DNA from: Piromyces finnis finn
Taxonomy: Eukaryota; Fungi; Neocallimastigomycota
Reading direction: 5' to 3'
Length of the DNA stretch: 47,282 nt
Assembly (NCBI GenBank): GCA_002104945.1
Contig: MCFH01000109.1
Location: 1 to 47,282 of the forward strand
Shown here: piece after piece, positions 11,655 through 24,274 of the stretch
Position numbering within the stretch: position 1 is the stretch's first letter
Layout: each line of letters starts with the position of its first letter
The notes under the pieces: model-generated
What the model was told of the DNA's origin: nothing
Database searches by the model: none
What the model saw: only the letters and a program-made list of their open reading frames with translations
Made by a program: the position numbers and the translations under genes

Positions 11655-13440
11655 AATATCATCTGCAGTTTGATCTTCTTTGGAATATTCTATAATTTTA
11701 TCTAAGATGTCATTCATAATTCCAATGAAAGAAGGAATTTCTTTTATATTTTTACTATCCAAAATATATTCAGGATTATCTTCAATATTTTTTATCATAT
11801 AATCCGGTCTTCTTGATAAGCTATCAGGTTTTCCATTTTTCCTACCTTGTCTATATATTAATTCGAAGTTATATTCTTGGAAAAATAGGTGCCATCTATA
11901 CTGACGTTGATTACCAATTTTACCACCTAAAGTATATAGTAAATTCTTGTGGTCAGTATAAACTTTAAATTTGTGTTTAGCTCCTAATAATAGATGTCGC
12001 CAATTTGCAAATGCATCTTTGATTGCTAACAATTCTTTTTCTGTAATTGAATAATTAATTTCTGCATTATTTAAACCCCTGGAATAATAAGCTACTGGGT
12101 GTAATTTATTTTCATCATCTTTTTGAGATAGTATTGCACCAATTGCATAATTACTTGCATCGCATTCCACAACATATGGTTTTAAAAAATCTGGATACAT
12201 TAAATTGGTGATGTAATTAATCTATTTTTTAATTCTTCAAAAGATTTTTGACATTCTTCTGTCCAAATAAATTTTTTATTCTTTTTTGTTAATTCATGTA
12301 GTGGTTTTGCAATAAATGCAAAATTCTTAACGAATCTTCTGTAGTAATTACATAGTCCAACAAAATGTTGTACATCTTTTACATTTTCTGGAACAGGCCA
12401 ATCTTTAATTGATTTAATTTTCTTTGGATCCGTGGATACCCCAGATCCAGAAATTACATAACCTAAAAATTCAACTTTATCTTGATCAAATTCACATTTT
12501 GATAATTTTGCATATAAATTATTTTCAATTAATTTTTTGAGAAACAATCGAACATGTTGATGATGTTCTTCCAAATTTTTTGAAAAAATTAATATATCAT
12601 CCAAATATAAAATTACAAAATTTTCAAGATAAGGTCTGAGAACAGAATTAATAAATGATTGGAAAGTGGCGGGTGCATTTTTTAATCCGAATGGCATAAC
12701 TAAATATTCGTAATGTCCATATTTTGTACGAAATGCAGTTTTGTATTCATCTCCTTCTTTTATTCTGATTAAATTATAAGCGGAACGTAAATCTAATTTT
12801 GTGAAATAATTGGAATCTTTAACTCTTTCGATGATATCATTAATTAGTGGTAATGGATATGAATTTCTAATTGTCACAGAATTTAATTTTTTATAATCCA
12901 CACATAATCTAAGAGTACCATCTTTCTTTTTTTGAAATAATACAGGGTAACCGGCTGGAGATTCGGAAGGACGGATAAATCCCTTTTCCAAATTTTCTTT
13001 GATATATTCTTTTAAAACATCTGATTCTTCATTTGTTAGTGGATGAATTGGACCATAATGTAAGGTAGCATCTTTTTCTAAAAAAATTTTACAATCTGTC
13101 AATCTATGTGGTGGCAATTTATCTGCTTCTTTTTTACTAAATACAATAGCAAGATCTCTATAAAATTCTGGTATATCTTCTAATTTTGGTTCTTCAGAAT
13201 CTTCTTTTGAATCTTCTTTATATGATAAAAATGAATTAATCAATAAATTATAATTGATCTTATTATCATAATTATTACTATTTAATTTTTCCTTATTTTT
13301 AATAATTTTATTCGAAACATTTTGTTGAAAATTATTAGAAATTTTAGAATTAATTTTTAAAAAATTAAATTTTGATTTTTTGATATTAAAATTTTTAAAT
13401 TTTTTGATTTTAAAAATTTTTGAATTATTTGATTTGGATA
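11655..13440 (-). pseudogene. pol: Truncated Ty3/gypsy (Tf1/Tf2, chromovirus-like) pol fragment: RT and RNase H
   Basis: LPPHR, PFGLKNAPATFQ, YLDDILIFS, ECDASNYAIGAILSQ, YTDHKNL, DSLSRRPDY. A 1-nt frameshift near 12200 separates LITSPI from MYPDF. Cut by LTR A2 before the integrase; no gag or protease. Confidence 0.92.
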
Positions 13441-13476
13441 TTTAATTTATTTTTTAATCGTCTTCTATTCTTGACA
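13440..13476. repeat. Terminal ~37-bp remnant of LTR B fused to the pol fragment
   Basis: ATTTAATTTATTTTTTAATCGTCTTCTATTCTTGACA equals the end of the B copies at 15198 and 19737. Confidence 0.8.
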
Positions 13477-13977
13477 AATGGTTAAGCTATTTTAATAATA
13501 AAAACATTATATCATTATTCCTTATCAACACTAATGTAAGAAATATTTGTGGCCATAAGTTTGCCCACAAATATTTCAATTGAAACCATATATTCTGGTC
13601 ATCATTTATTGGCCGGATATATGTATAACCATATATTAATGGTTATTAATTAAATAGGAAGTTTATTTGCTTTACCCAATCAAGTGGTAAAGAAAATAAA
13701 CTCATATAGTTAAATAGTATAGTTAAAACTAACGTTAAATACTTTAGCGTTAGTATTAGAGTAAATTAGTAACTATAATAATAATTTATTATAATTATAC
13801 TAAATAAATAAAAGATATAATTAAAAATAATTATTTAAGTAAATTTATTTCATAATAATATTTATATATACTTATATTTATTTTTGTGTTATAATATTTA
13901 TTTTCTTTCTTTTATTATTTTTTATAAAACTTTATTTAGTTATTAACTCGTATAGAGAGGTAATAACTAACTTAATT

Positions 13978-15198
13978 TGTAAAGTGGGCTAGGATTGGTA
14001 TGTAACTTGGTCAGAATGTTTTATATAATATAACTTAATTTACTAATAAAATATTAAACTTATTTATTATTAAATCTTTTCTTCAAAACTTATTAAAGAA
14101 TTTAATTAATACTAATTTAAAATTAAATAGGTTTTTATATTTAAAATAAAAATTTTAATATAATTTAATTATGAAATTTGTTTATTAATTAGTTATTTAT
14201 TAAGATAATATTTATTAAGTTATATTATAATTAATAATTAATAATTAATAATCTTACAAAGAATTTCAAAATTGATTTCAATTCTTTGTTTAAATACTTT
14301 TTTCTTACATATAATAAAATTACATTGATTTTAATATTGATATTAATAATAAAGATAAAAATAAAATAATTTTAAATTAAAATATTAATAATTGATATTG
14401 ATATTAATAATATGAATTCATATGATAGATCTTAAGATTAGTCTTTTAAATTACTTTTAAAATAAAAGTATTGTTTTAACCATTTAAATTGTAAATATTT
14501 AATATTATAGATTGAGAATAACAATTACTGATACTAATTATATATTCTCATGATTAATTAATTAATAATTATAACTAATGATTTTTGATCCAAAGGCTTT
14601 TTGGTTTGATTATGATTGAGGTTATTAATCAAAATTATTTGAAAATTTATTAATTAATTTTTATAATTGATTAGGTTTGTAATCAAGAATATTTATTATC
14701 TAACCTTATTTAATAATAATGGAGAATTTTTAAATTAAATTATTTATAGAAAGTTGGATGACTTGAATAATGACTTTAATTATATAAATTAATATTAATC
14801 ATTTTAATATATATTATTATATATATTAATTGGAACTAATTAATTCTTTAAATAGCTATATCTCAAGAACTAGTGGTCTAAATTAGCTGAAAATTTGTGA
14901 GAATATAAATCTCAACTAGTACTTTCTAATAAAATTGATTTGAATTCTCTAGAAAAGGAAAATAGGACACGAGATTCAGAAGTTATCACTAGTTTCGTAT
15001 AGCACATTTTCTTCTCAAGGGTTAATTTATTGAAAATTAAATTTTTGTGATCCTTAACCCTTTTCAATATTAAATTTTTCCAAGTGATCTTTTTAATTAT
15101 TTTTAAAAGTGTTTTATAATTTTTGAAATATAAATTTGATTTTTAAATTGTTTATTTGAATATTTAATTTATTTTTTAATCGTCTTCTATTCTTGACA
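13978..15198. mobile_element. Solo LTR B1
   Basis: TG...CA, 1221 bp, TSD TAATT on both sides; close to identical with 18519-19737. Confidence 0.92.
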
Positions 15199-15203
15199 TA
15201 ATT

Positions 15204-16232
15204 TGTAAAAGTTTTACTAAACTTATAATTTAATATTAAAATATTAAATTAAATAAAAGATTAAAGATAACTAGGTTAGAAAAAATGTTTTATTAAAATA
15301 ATCTTAATTGTTTTATAAATGAATAATTAAATTATGTATTATAGTTAAAATAATTTCTTTTATTTTATTTGAAGAGTATATATAATAATAAGATTATTTA
15401 ATAGTAATACTTGTTAAGTATTAATAAGGTAATAATCTTTACAAAGATTTAATTCATAAAACTATTCTAAACTATTTATACTATTCGTAATTTTACATTT
15501 AATAATAAAATAACTTTTTAATACATGATTATTTTTTATAATGTATTTTATAATACTAAGGTTAAACTTAAGACTTATTACTAATTATTAAAAATAACTA
15601 TTGTTTATATATTCATAATATTAATTATTTCTTAATTATAATATAATTCATTGAATATGATATTAATAATTTATAATCTTTTAATTCAAAGATTATAAGT
15701 TATGTTATTGAAATAATTATTATAAAATAAAGTTAGTTAATTCCGGAAAATAATTTTAATTTAATTAAAACAATAATTTATATCCTTTTGGGTGAATGAT
15801 TTATGTTCAATACATCAGGGGTGATCATTCTCTGAATAAACAATTAATCATTACTAACAAAATATCTTTAAATTGGAATATCTCGTGAACCAGCAGAGAT
15901 ATCGACCTGATTTTAAGATATGTTGTTTATCTCAAGCGTGGCTTTCTAACGAACCCACAATCTCCCAACCATAATTTCCCAAAAATCGCCATTCGTTGAG
16001 GAGATACGCGTGTTTTCCCTTATTTAATTTTGACGATAAGGGTTAAAGTTATTTGTTATAAAAATATTAAGGGTTAAGGTCATATCTTAACCTTTTATAA
16101 ATTTTTTAAATATTTCTTAATATAATTTTATAATTTATTTGAAAATAAAATATTATTGATTTTGAAATTTTATAAGTAATTTCACAATTTCAAGTGATCT
16201 TGAAATTGCAGATTCCACTAGTATTCGTAACA
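15204..16232. mobile_element. Solo LTR J (B-related), in tandem with B1
   Basis: TGT...ACA flanked by TAATT at 15199-15203 and 16233-16237; shares motifs with B (CAAGTGATCT, CACTAGT, AAGGGTTAA). No second copy in the window. Confidence 0.6.
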
Positions 16233-16284
16233 TAATTAACTAATTATATAACTTATTAACTAATTTTATAAAAACACCTTTTAC

Positions 16285-17432
16285 TGACACACGTTCAAAT
16301 ATACCTTAATTCTAAATAAGCTTAGAAAGTGGTATATTTGGTGTGTATTTGAATGACTTATTTTTACTTGCTCATTCTACAAGTATATAATTATTAAATA
16401 TAATTTAAAGTTTTAAAAACACATCTTGTTTTATAATATTAGTTTATTTATTTAAAATAAATGTATAATACATCTCGCTATGTATTATAAAAAAAAAATA
16501 TATTAATTTATTATAATTTTAAAATATTCTAATTTTCCTGGCTAATTAGTAACAATCTTTAAAAATAATATTTTCTATTTCTATTTATAATAAATAATTA
16601 CATTTAAGTTTGTTTATAAACAAAAGTTGTTTATATTTTACATTTTTAAAATTTAATTAAACATTTATATTTTATATTATTTTGATTATTTACTATTATT
16701 TTAATTTATATTAAGTTTATATAATTTTAAAATCAGCTATTCTATTAATTCATTATTTATAAATTTCATTCTTTATCAATTTCTCGGCCGTTAAGAAGAA
16801 ACTTCGACCCTTGAAGTTAGTAAAAAAAAATAATAGATAAAGAATTAAATTTTATAAATAATTAAAGATCTTAATTTATTACTTCTTCTTAAGATTTTCT
16901 TCTTTCTTTATATGCGTATTTAATTTTTATTGTCCTCTATTAATTTATTTTTAATATATAATTTTCCGGATAGTTTTTCATAGTATCTTTTTGAGTAATT
17001 TTATTTTTCATTTATATCCACATTAATTAAAGCTTACTTAATGTTTATTATTATTTAAAGTTTGTTTTCTGATACTTTTATTCCATTATCCACATTTAAC
17101 ATTTATCCACATTCTATTTAACCTTTTATCCACTATAAGTAAAAGAATTCTTGATTTTATTTTATTAATTACTAAGGTTCCTTTTTATTTTCTTATATTG
17201 ATACATCCACAACTTTTTAATTTAATACTTGGAGATTTATTATTATTTGTTTCAATTTTATTTTCCGAAAGGTAATTTATTATATAATTGGTAGCTAATA
17301 CCTGAGTTTTTATTAATGGGCTGAGCATTTTATAATATAATATTCTACATATAGGCTTGTTATATATTATATTATTATTTTATAATATATATAAATAAAT
17401 TATAATATATTATAAAGTTTTTTTTTTTTTTT

Positions 17433-17470
<38 letters not shown>

Positions 17471-19787
17471 GTATTATTATTGTTATTATTATAATATTTC
17501 ATATATTGAAATAGTGAAATATTATTTAATGAAAGTATTGTATAATATTGTATAATATATTTATAATTTATAATTTTTTTTTTTATATTTATAAATATAT
17601 TTAAATTTTAAATAAATGGTATTTATAATATTTTTTTTTTGAAATACTGATAATACTTTAATAAAAAGTTTTAATATATATTTTATATGATATTCAATTA
17701 ATATTTTTTTATTTTTATAATGTTTAATCTATTTTCTAATTATTTTAATTATAATATTTTTTTGTATACTTGATATTTTAAATATTATTTTTTTTACTAT
17801 TTTTATTACTATAATATTTATTTTGTATACTATTAATAATTTATTATAATTTTTTTTTATTATTTTGTAGATTTTATTATAATTTATAAAAATATTTTAT
17901 TCTCATATTATTTTATATATTATTTAACTATACTATATATTACGTATTTACTATAATATTATTTATTGATATAAAAAAAATGAAATTTTGAAGAAATTGA
18001 AAGTTTTTATACTTCCCTCCTTCCTTAGAATTAAGCTACAAGGTAGCCGGGTTTGGGATTCTCCACCATTGACACACGTTCAAATATACCTTAATTCTAA
18101 ATAAGCTTAGAAAGTGGTATATTTGGTGTGTATTTGAATGACTTATTTTTACTTACTCATTCTACAAGTATATAATTATTAAATATAATTTAAAGTTTTA
18201 AAAACACATCTTGTTTTATAATATTAGTTTATTTATTTAAAATAAATGTATAATACATCTCGCTATGTATTATAAAAAAAAATATATTAATTTATTATAA
18301 TTTTAAAATATTCTAATTTTCCTGGCTAATTAGTAACAATCTTTAAAAATAATATTTTTCTATTTCTATTTATAATAAATAATTACATTTAAGTTTGTTT
18401 ATAAACAAAAGTTGTTTATATTTTACATTTTTAAAATTTAATTAAACATTTATATTTTATATTATTTTGATTATTTACTATTATTTTAATTTATATTAAG
18501 TTTATATAATTTTAAAATTGTAAAGTAGGCTAGGATTGATATGTAACTTGGTCAGAATGTTTTATATAATATAACTTAATTTACTAATAAAATATTAAAC
18601 TTATTTATTATTAAATCTTTTCTTCAAAACTTATTAAAGAATTTAATTAATACTAATTTAAAATTAAATAGGTTTTTATATTTAAAATAAAAATTTTAAT
18701 ATAATTTAATTATGAAATTTGTTTATTAATTAGTTATTTATTAAGATAATATTTATTAAGTTATATTATAATTAATAATTAATAATTAATAATCTTACAA
18801 AGAATTTCAAAATTGATTTCAATTCTTTGTTTAAATACTTTTTTCTTACATATAATAAAATTACATTGATTTTAATATTGATATTAATAATAAAGATAAA
18901 AATAAAATAATTTTAAATTAAAATATTAATAATTGATATTGATATTAATAATATGAATTCATATGATAGATCTTAAGATTAATCTTTTAAATTACTTTTA
19001 AAATAAAAGTATTGTTTTAACCATTTAAATTGTAAATATTTAATATTATAGATTGAGAATAACAATTACTGATACTAATTATATATTCTCATGATTAATT
19101 AATTAATAATTATAACTAATGATTTTTGATCCAAAGGCTTTTTGGTTTGATTATGATTGAGGTTATTAATCAAAATTATTTGAAAATTTATTAATTAATT
19201 TTTATAATTGATTAGGTTTGTAATCAAGAATATTTATTATCTAACCTTATTTAATAATAATGGAGAATTTTTAAATTAAATTATTTATAGAAAGTTGGAT
19301 GACTTGAATAATGACTTTAATTATATAAATTAATATTAATTATTTTAATATATATTATTATATATTAATTGGAACTAATTAATTCTTTAAATAGCTATAT
19401 CTCAAGAACTAGTGGTCTAAATTAGCTGAAAATTTGTGAGAATATAGATCTCAACTAGTACTTTCTAATAAAATTGGTTTGAAGTCTCTAGAAAAGGAAA
19501 ATAGGACACGAGATTCAGAAGTTATCACTAGTTTCGTATAGCACATTTTCTTCTCAAGGGTTAATTTATTGAAAATTAAATTTTTGTGATCCTTAACCCT
19601 TTTCAATATTAAATTTTTCCAAGTGATCTTTTTAATTATTTTTAAAAGTGTTTTATACTTTTTGAAATATAAATTTGATTTTTAAGTTGTTTATTTGAAC
19701 ATTTAATTTATTTTTTAATCGTCTTCTATTCTTGACAAAAATCAGCTATTCTATTAATTCATTATTTATAAATTTCATTCTTTATCA
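16285..19787 (-). mobile_element. Element C: small non-autonomous gypsy-type element
   Basis: 494-bp LTRs (16285-16778; 18070-18518+19743-19787) with one difference seen; 4-bp TSD TTAC; PBS TGGTGGAGAAT (18058-18068, tRNA-Ala-type); PPT at 16779-16790; 1.3-kb non-coding interior. Confidence 0.9.
18519..19737. mobile_element. Solo LTR B2, nested in the 5' LTR of C
   Basis: TG...CA, 1219 bp, TSD AAAAT; removal restores LTR C. Confidence 0.93.
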
Positions 19788-20955
19788 TTACATGATAACG
19801 GATTGGTAGTTATATTACAACTTTTTAACTACTTCTTCTGTTATCTTATATTGTTTTATCTCGACAGCTATTGTACGAGCTTTAACAATATCCACTAGTT
19901 TTATTAATTTATTTTAAGTTATTTTATAATTTTAATAGTTTTATTATTTTAATAATATTTATATAGAATAATAACACCAGATTTATTCTATAAAATATTA
20001 TTTATTATTAACACAATAATTACAAATTAGACAAGTTTAATTTCGTTTTTATATTTTCTTTTATTTATTGTTCTTACGCTCTTTTTAACAATAATTTTTA
20101 TTATATAAAAACTTATTTTTGTCTTTTAAATATTATTATGTATTCACTAATTAATTATATTAACTATTATTAAAATTTAACTTATTATTAATAATCTAAG
20201 TCTTCTCATTTTCTACTAAAAAATATTATTATTCTTTATAATAAAAATTATTTTTATAATTTAACCCAATCAAATATATAAATTTATAAAATATTTGATT
20301 TTATGTAAATTATATTTTTATAATAAACTATATAAAATTATTTAATAATTATTTTATAATAAAATTTTCTACTAATATCAAATTTATAATATATTTATAA
20401 TTATTATTTATCAAGATTTCCTCCCCTAAGATACGACTTAGTGGTAGCTGATAAAAATATTCATAAATAATAATAAATATATAAGTTTTTGATATTTTTA
20501 TACTAAATATTTAAAAATTTAAATTTTTTTTTTTTCTATATATATATATGATAAAAATAATATAAAATAAGGTTTATAAAAAAAATGATGAAAAATTTGA
20601 AAATTTTTATTAATAAAATTTTTTTTTCAAAGAGAAATAAAAAAAATGAAGTGAAATTTTGTTAAATGTCGTAGTGTAAATATTTTTGTGTTTTTATATA
20701 TTTTTGTAATGTAATTGTCGTATTATTTGTATATAAATGTTTAATGTGGTTTTATCTTTCTTTAAACTTTGAAAATAGATGAAATTTTGATTTTAATATT
20801 TCGAAATAATGTCGTTTTAAAATTGAAGTTACTGATTTGATATAATCTTTTAGATTGAAAATAATTGAATTTGAAATACTTTCTTTTACACTTTTTATTA
20901 TACTGAAATATATATTCTTAAACGAATTATTTGATGAATTTTTGATTATATCATT

Positions 20956-22755
20956 TTATTTATTTCGCTTTTTTCTTGATTTTAATTTCCTGTTAATATT
21001 AATATTCAAATGATTATATTTTAGAATTTTACTTTTATTTTTATATATCTTGATTTTGTGGCATTTTTCGTGAATAATTGGCGTTTTTTCTGCTTCATCA
21101 CGGCCGACAAGATTTGACTTATTAATTGAAAATTTAATAAGTGAATCGTTTTTAATTCTTTTTGGAAATTTGCTGAAATTTGAATGAAAAATGTGATATT
21201 TTGGATAAAAATATTTATTTTTAAATTTGAATAAATGTCGAAATTTAATTGAATATAAAAGTTTGTTTTTATTGTTAAAAGTCGAATTAAAATTTTGAAT
21301 TTTGATATTATTATTAAATGAATTAAATTGAGATTCATTAATATTTGATGGATTGAAACAATGAATCATTGAAATATTTGAAAGATTATTTTTATTTTGT
21401 TTAAAATTTGAGGGACGAGCAACCATAATAGGAGATGAATTAGTTTTCATGTAGAGAGAGTCATCATCAGGATCAATGTATAATCGGTGATCCTTTTGAG
21501 ATTGACGACCTAATATAATATCATAACATGAATCTTCATCTTCTAGAATCTAGAATAATGCATAGATTTTTAAATCACCAAATTTAAGAGTTAAATTAAC
21601 AGCTTGATTTGTTGAAATAACTTGTTTGCTAGCTAATTTAAAGAAAGTTCTCTTAAAATGTGTAATATTATGATTTGCTGATATTAAATTAAAGAAGGAT
21701 TTAGTAATAACATTAACATCAGAACCAGTATCTACTAAAACTCGGACAATGTTATTATCAATTGAGCCAATGCCAATGACAGAAGCAATGTTGATTTTAT
21801 TAATGACATTAATTTCGTTATCTGCTATATTGATAATATCATCATCATTGTCATTATCAGCATCATCATTGTTTTCATTATTTTTATTATTATAATTTTC
21901 ATTAATGATATTAATAAATGAATTAATATCATCATCATTAAGATCCATATTTTGAATGGCGTTTATTTTCCGAACGTCATTTGGATCAAGCTTTAAACCT
22001 TTGGCACAAAGTCTTCTGATGATAGGACTGACTGCAAGTAATTGTGCAAAAAAGATACCAGCATTTGTATTATTAAGGGCATCAAAAATATTATATTCTT
22101 TATTTTTGCCCAACATGACAATAGAACGTAGGAAGTCATAATAGTTGCTTTTGGGAGACTTTTTGCTATCTATAACTTCTTCTAATTCGTCCTGTTTACT
22201 TGATATATCTGGACCAATTCTTCTTTTATTTCTGGTTTCTTTATTTTTCATCTTAGCAGAGGAAATATTCTTGCCTGCAATTACCGAGGGGTCTAAGATG
22301 TCTAGGCGGGAAGTAGTGGTATGAAAATTTGAATTTTTCTCATTACGAATTTCTTGCTGTTCTTTCATCTGAGTGGCCTTTGTGTGTATTGGCAAGGGGT
22401 TTTCTCGAAGTTTCTTTTTCTTCGACTGAGTCACGTGATCCTCATCTTCACTTTCATCACTTTCTTCAGAACTTTTCCTCTTGAATGCGTAAATAAGGTT
22501 TTCGATGTCCTTATCATCGACTGTATTTGTCACGTGATTTTGTGTAACATCATCCTTATCTATGTCTTTGATTGGATCATCCACCAAAGGGTCAGAGAAT
22601 TTTTCTTCAGAATTTGAAAATTTTTCTGTTTTATGTGAGTCACGTGTATCATCAACATAGATTTGCTCATTAATGTTGTTGATGTTGTGGGTTTGGTTAT
22701 TATCAATTTTGGAGTTAGAAGGGGAAGATTGAGAACTTCCCCCATTTAATTTAAA
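20956..22755 (-). pseudogene. D protease ORF (-1 frame relative to gag), with an in-frame TAG at 21550-21552; no RT, RNase H or integrase
   Basis: VRVLVDTGSDVNVI aspartic protease motif. After the TAG the frame reads ILEDEDSCYDIILGRQSQKDHRLYIDPDDD, homologous to E's YFDIIFGRGIQKKYRLFIDPDDD. Confidence 0.85.
22721..22755 (-). promoter_or_regulatory. -1 ribosomal frameshift signal of D
   Basis: U UUA AAU (22749-22755), 6-nt spacer, then GGGGAAG-ttctcaat-CTTCCCC hairpin; the -1 frame is open into the protease. Confidence 0.8.
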
Positions 22756-23600
22756 TGGTTTTGGGTTTTGAGGAGGGTAGCTATGATTTTGTTCACATCG
22801 GTCATTTCGTTTGGGCAGAAGCGGGCATCATGTCCTTTCTGGTTACAACGGTGGCAGATATGAATTTTCATCTGGGCAAAGCTTTTGGTCAAAGCGTCCA
22901 GATCTGATTCTTTAGCTTCTTCTTTAGTAGTCTTTTCATTATCAGTACTACTATTATTTTCGTTATTATTATAAGAGGTTTTATCTTCAACTTCTGTTTT
23001 TCTCTTATAATAATTATTTTTGTTTTGAGTTCTTTTATTGGGTACATAATCATCATCACTTTCATAAGCAGATAGAAGCTCATCTGCTTTAATAGCAATG
23101 ACCATAGCATCCTTTAAAGTTTTTGGTTGTTTGTTAATAAGAGAATTTAATATAGAAGTTCTCCTATTAAAAGCTTTTGTATAAAGAAAAACAAGTCTTT
23201 CTTCAGAAGGCTTGTCCCTTTCTTTAATTTCTTTCAAAAGGTCGTTAAAAGAATGGTTAAATTCTCTAACAGAGCTTTTGTTTACTTTTATTTTTTCTAA
23301 CTTATTTAGGTTTCTATTAGAGGTTTTATCATCCTCAAATAAGTTAGATATTTTATTGATAAATTCATTATAAGATAGGGATCTATCTTCATAATAAATA
23401 TCACTACAAAGATCCTTTGAGTTACCGGTAGTAGCAAGCAAAGCAATTCTCTTCTTTTCTTTTTCAGAAAGAGCTAAGTCTTCTAAGATATCTTCAAGTT
23501 CCATTTTCCATCTGAAGAACTTAGTATCTTTCTTGCCAAGAGGGCTTATTTCTTTAGCCATACTAGCGGCTCTTTCAAAATTGTTTTTATTTTCAGTCAT
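22746..23600 (-). CDS. gag: D Gag (284 aa)
   Basis: CHRCNQKGHDARFC zinc knuckle; positioned after the PBS; ends NHLN like E Gag. Confidence 0.88.
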   Translation of the reverse strand: MTENKNNFERAASMAKEISPLGKKDTKFFRWKMELEDILEDLALSEKEKKRIALLATTGNSKDLCSDIYYEDRSLSYNEFINKISNLFEDDKTSNRNLNKLEKIKVNKSSVREFNHSFNDLLKEIKERDKPSEERLVFLYTKAFNRRTSILNSLINKQPKTLKDAMVIAIKADELLSAYESDDDYVPNKRTQNKNNYYKRKTEVEDKTSYNNNENNSSTDNEKTTKEEAKESDLDALTKSFAQMKIHICHRCNQKGHDARFCPNEMTDVNKIIATLLKTQNHLN

Positions 23601-24274
23601 ATTTAGTAAATAAATAAGATAATTATACTAAATATACTAATTAATAGGAATTATTTAAATTTTCGGCTTTCCCACGGGACGACTGAGGTTCTCCACCACT
23701 TGATAACGGATTGGTAGTTATATTATAACTTTTTAACTACTTCTTCTGTTATCTTATATTGTTTTATCTCGACAGCTATTGTACGAGCTTTAACAATATC
23801 TACTAGTTTTATTAATTTATTTTAAGTTATTTTATAGTTTTAATAGTTTTATTATTTTAATAATATTTATATAGAATAATAACACCAGATTTATTCTATA
23901 AAATATTATTTATTATTAACACAATAATTACAAATTAGACAAGTTTAATTTCGTTTTTATATTTTCTTTTATTTATTGTTCTTACGCTCTTTTTAACAAT
24001 AATTTTTATTATATAAAAACTTATTTTTGTCTTTTAAATATTATTATGTATTCACTAATTAATTATATTAACTATTATTAAAATTTAACTTATTATTAGT
24101 AATCTAAGTCTTCTTATTTTCTACTAAAAAATATTATTATTCTTTATAATAAAAATTATTTTTATAATTTAACCCAATCAAATATATAATATATTTATAA
24201 TTATTATTTATCATACAATGATAAATAATTAAATTTATAAATTATGAATTTATAATAATAATAATAATAATAAT

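Larger units (their letters stand above)
19793..24213 (-). mobile_element. Element D: gypsy-type element encoding Gag and protease only
   Basis: LTRs 19793-20413 and 23701-24213 (the latter ~108 bp shorter, about 5 substitutions); 4-bp TSD TACA; PBS TGGTGGAGAA (23689-23698); PPT at 20414-20428. Confidence 0.92.

Noticed and set aside
13477-13977. Protease or gag remnant upstream of the gypsy RT fragment
   Set aside because: No D(T/S)G or LG-PWL motif in any frame I read; the pol frame ends at the LTR B remnant.
17086-17111. Two bacterial DnaA boxes (TTATCCACA)
   Set aside because: They lie inside a eukaryotic LTR element with no other oriC features; treated as part of the TGTGGAT cluster.
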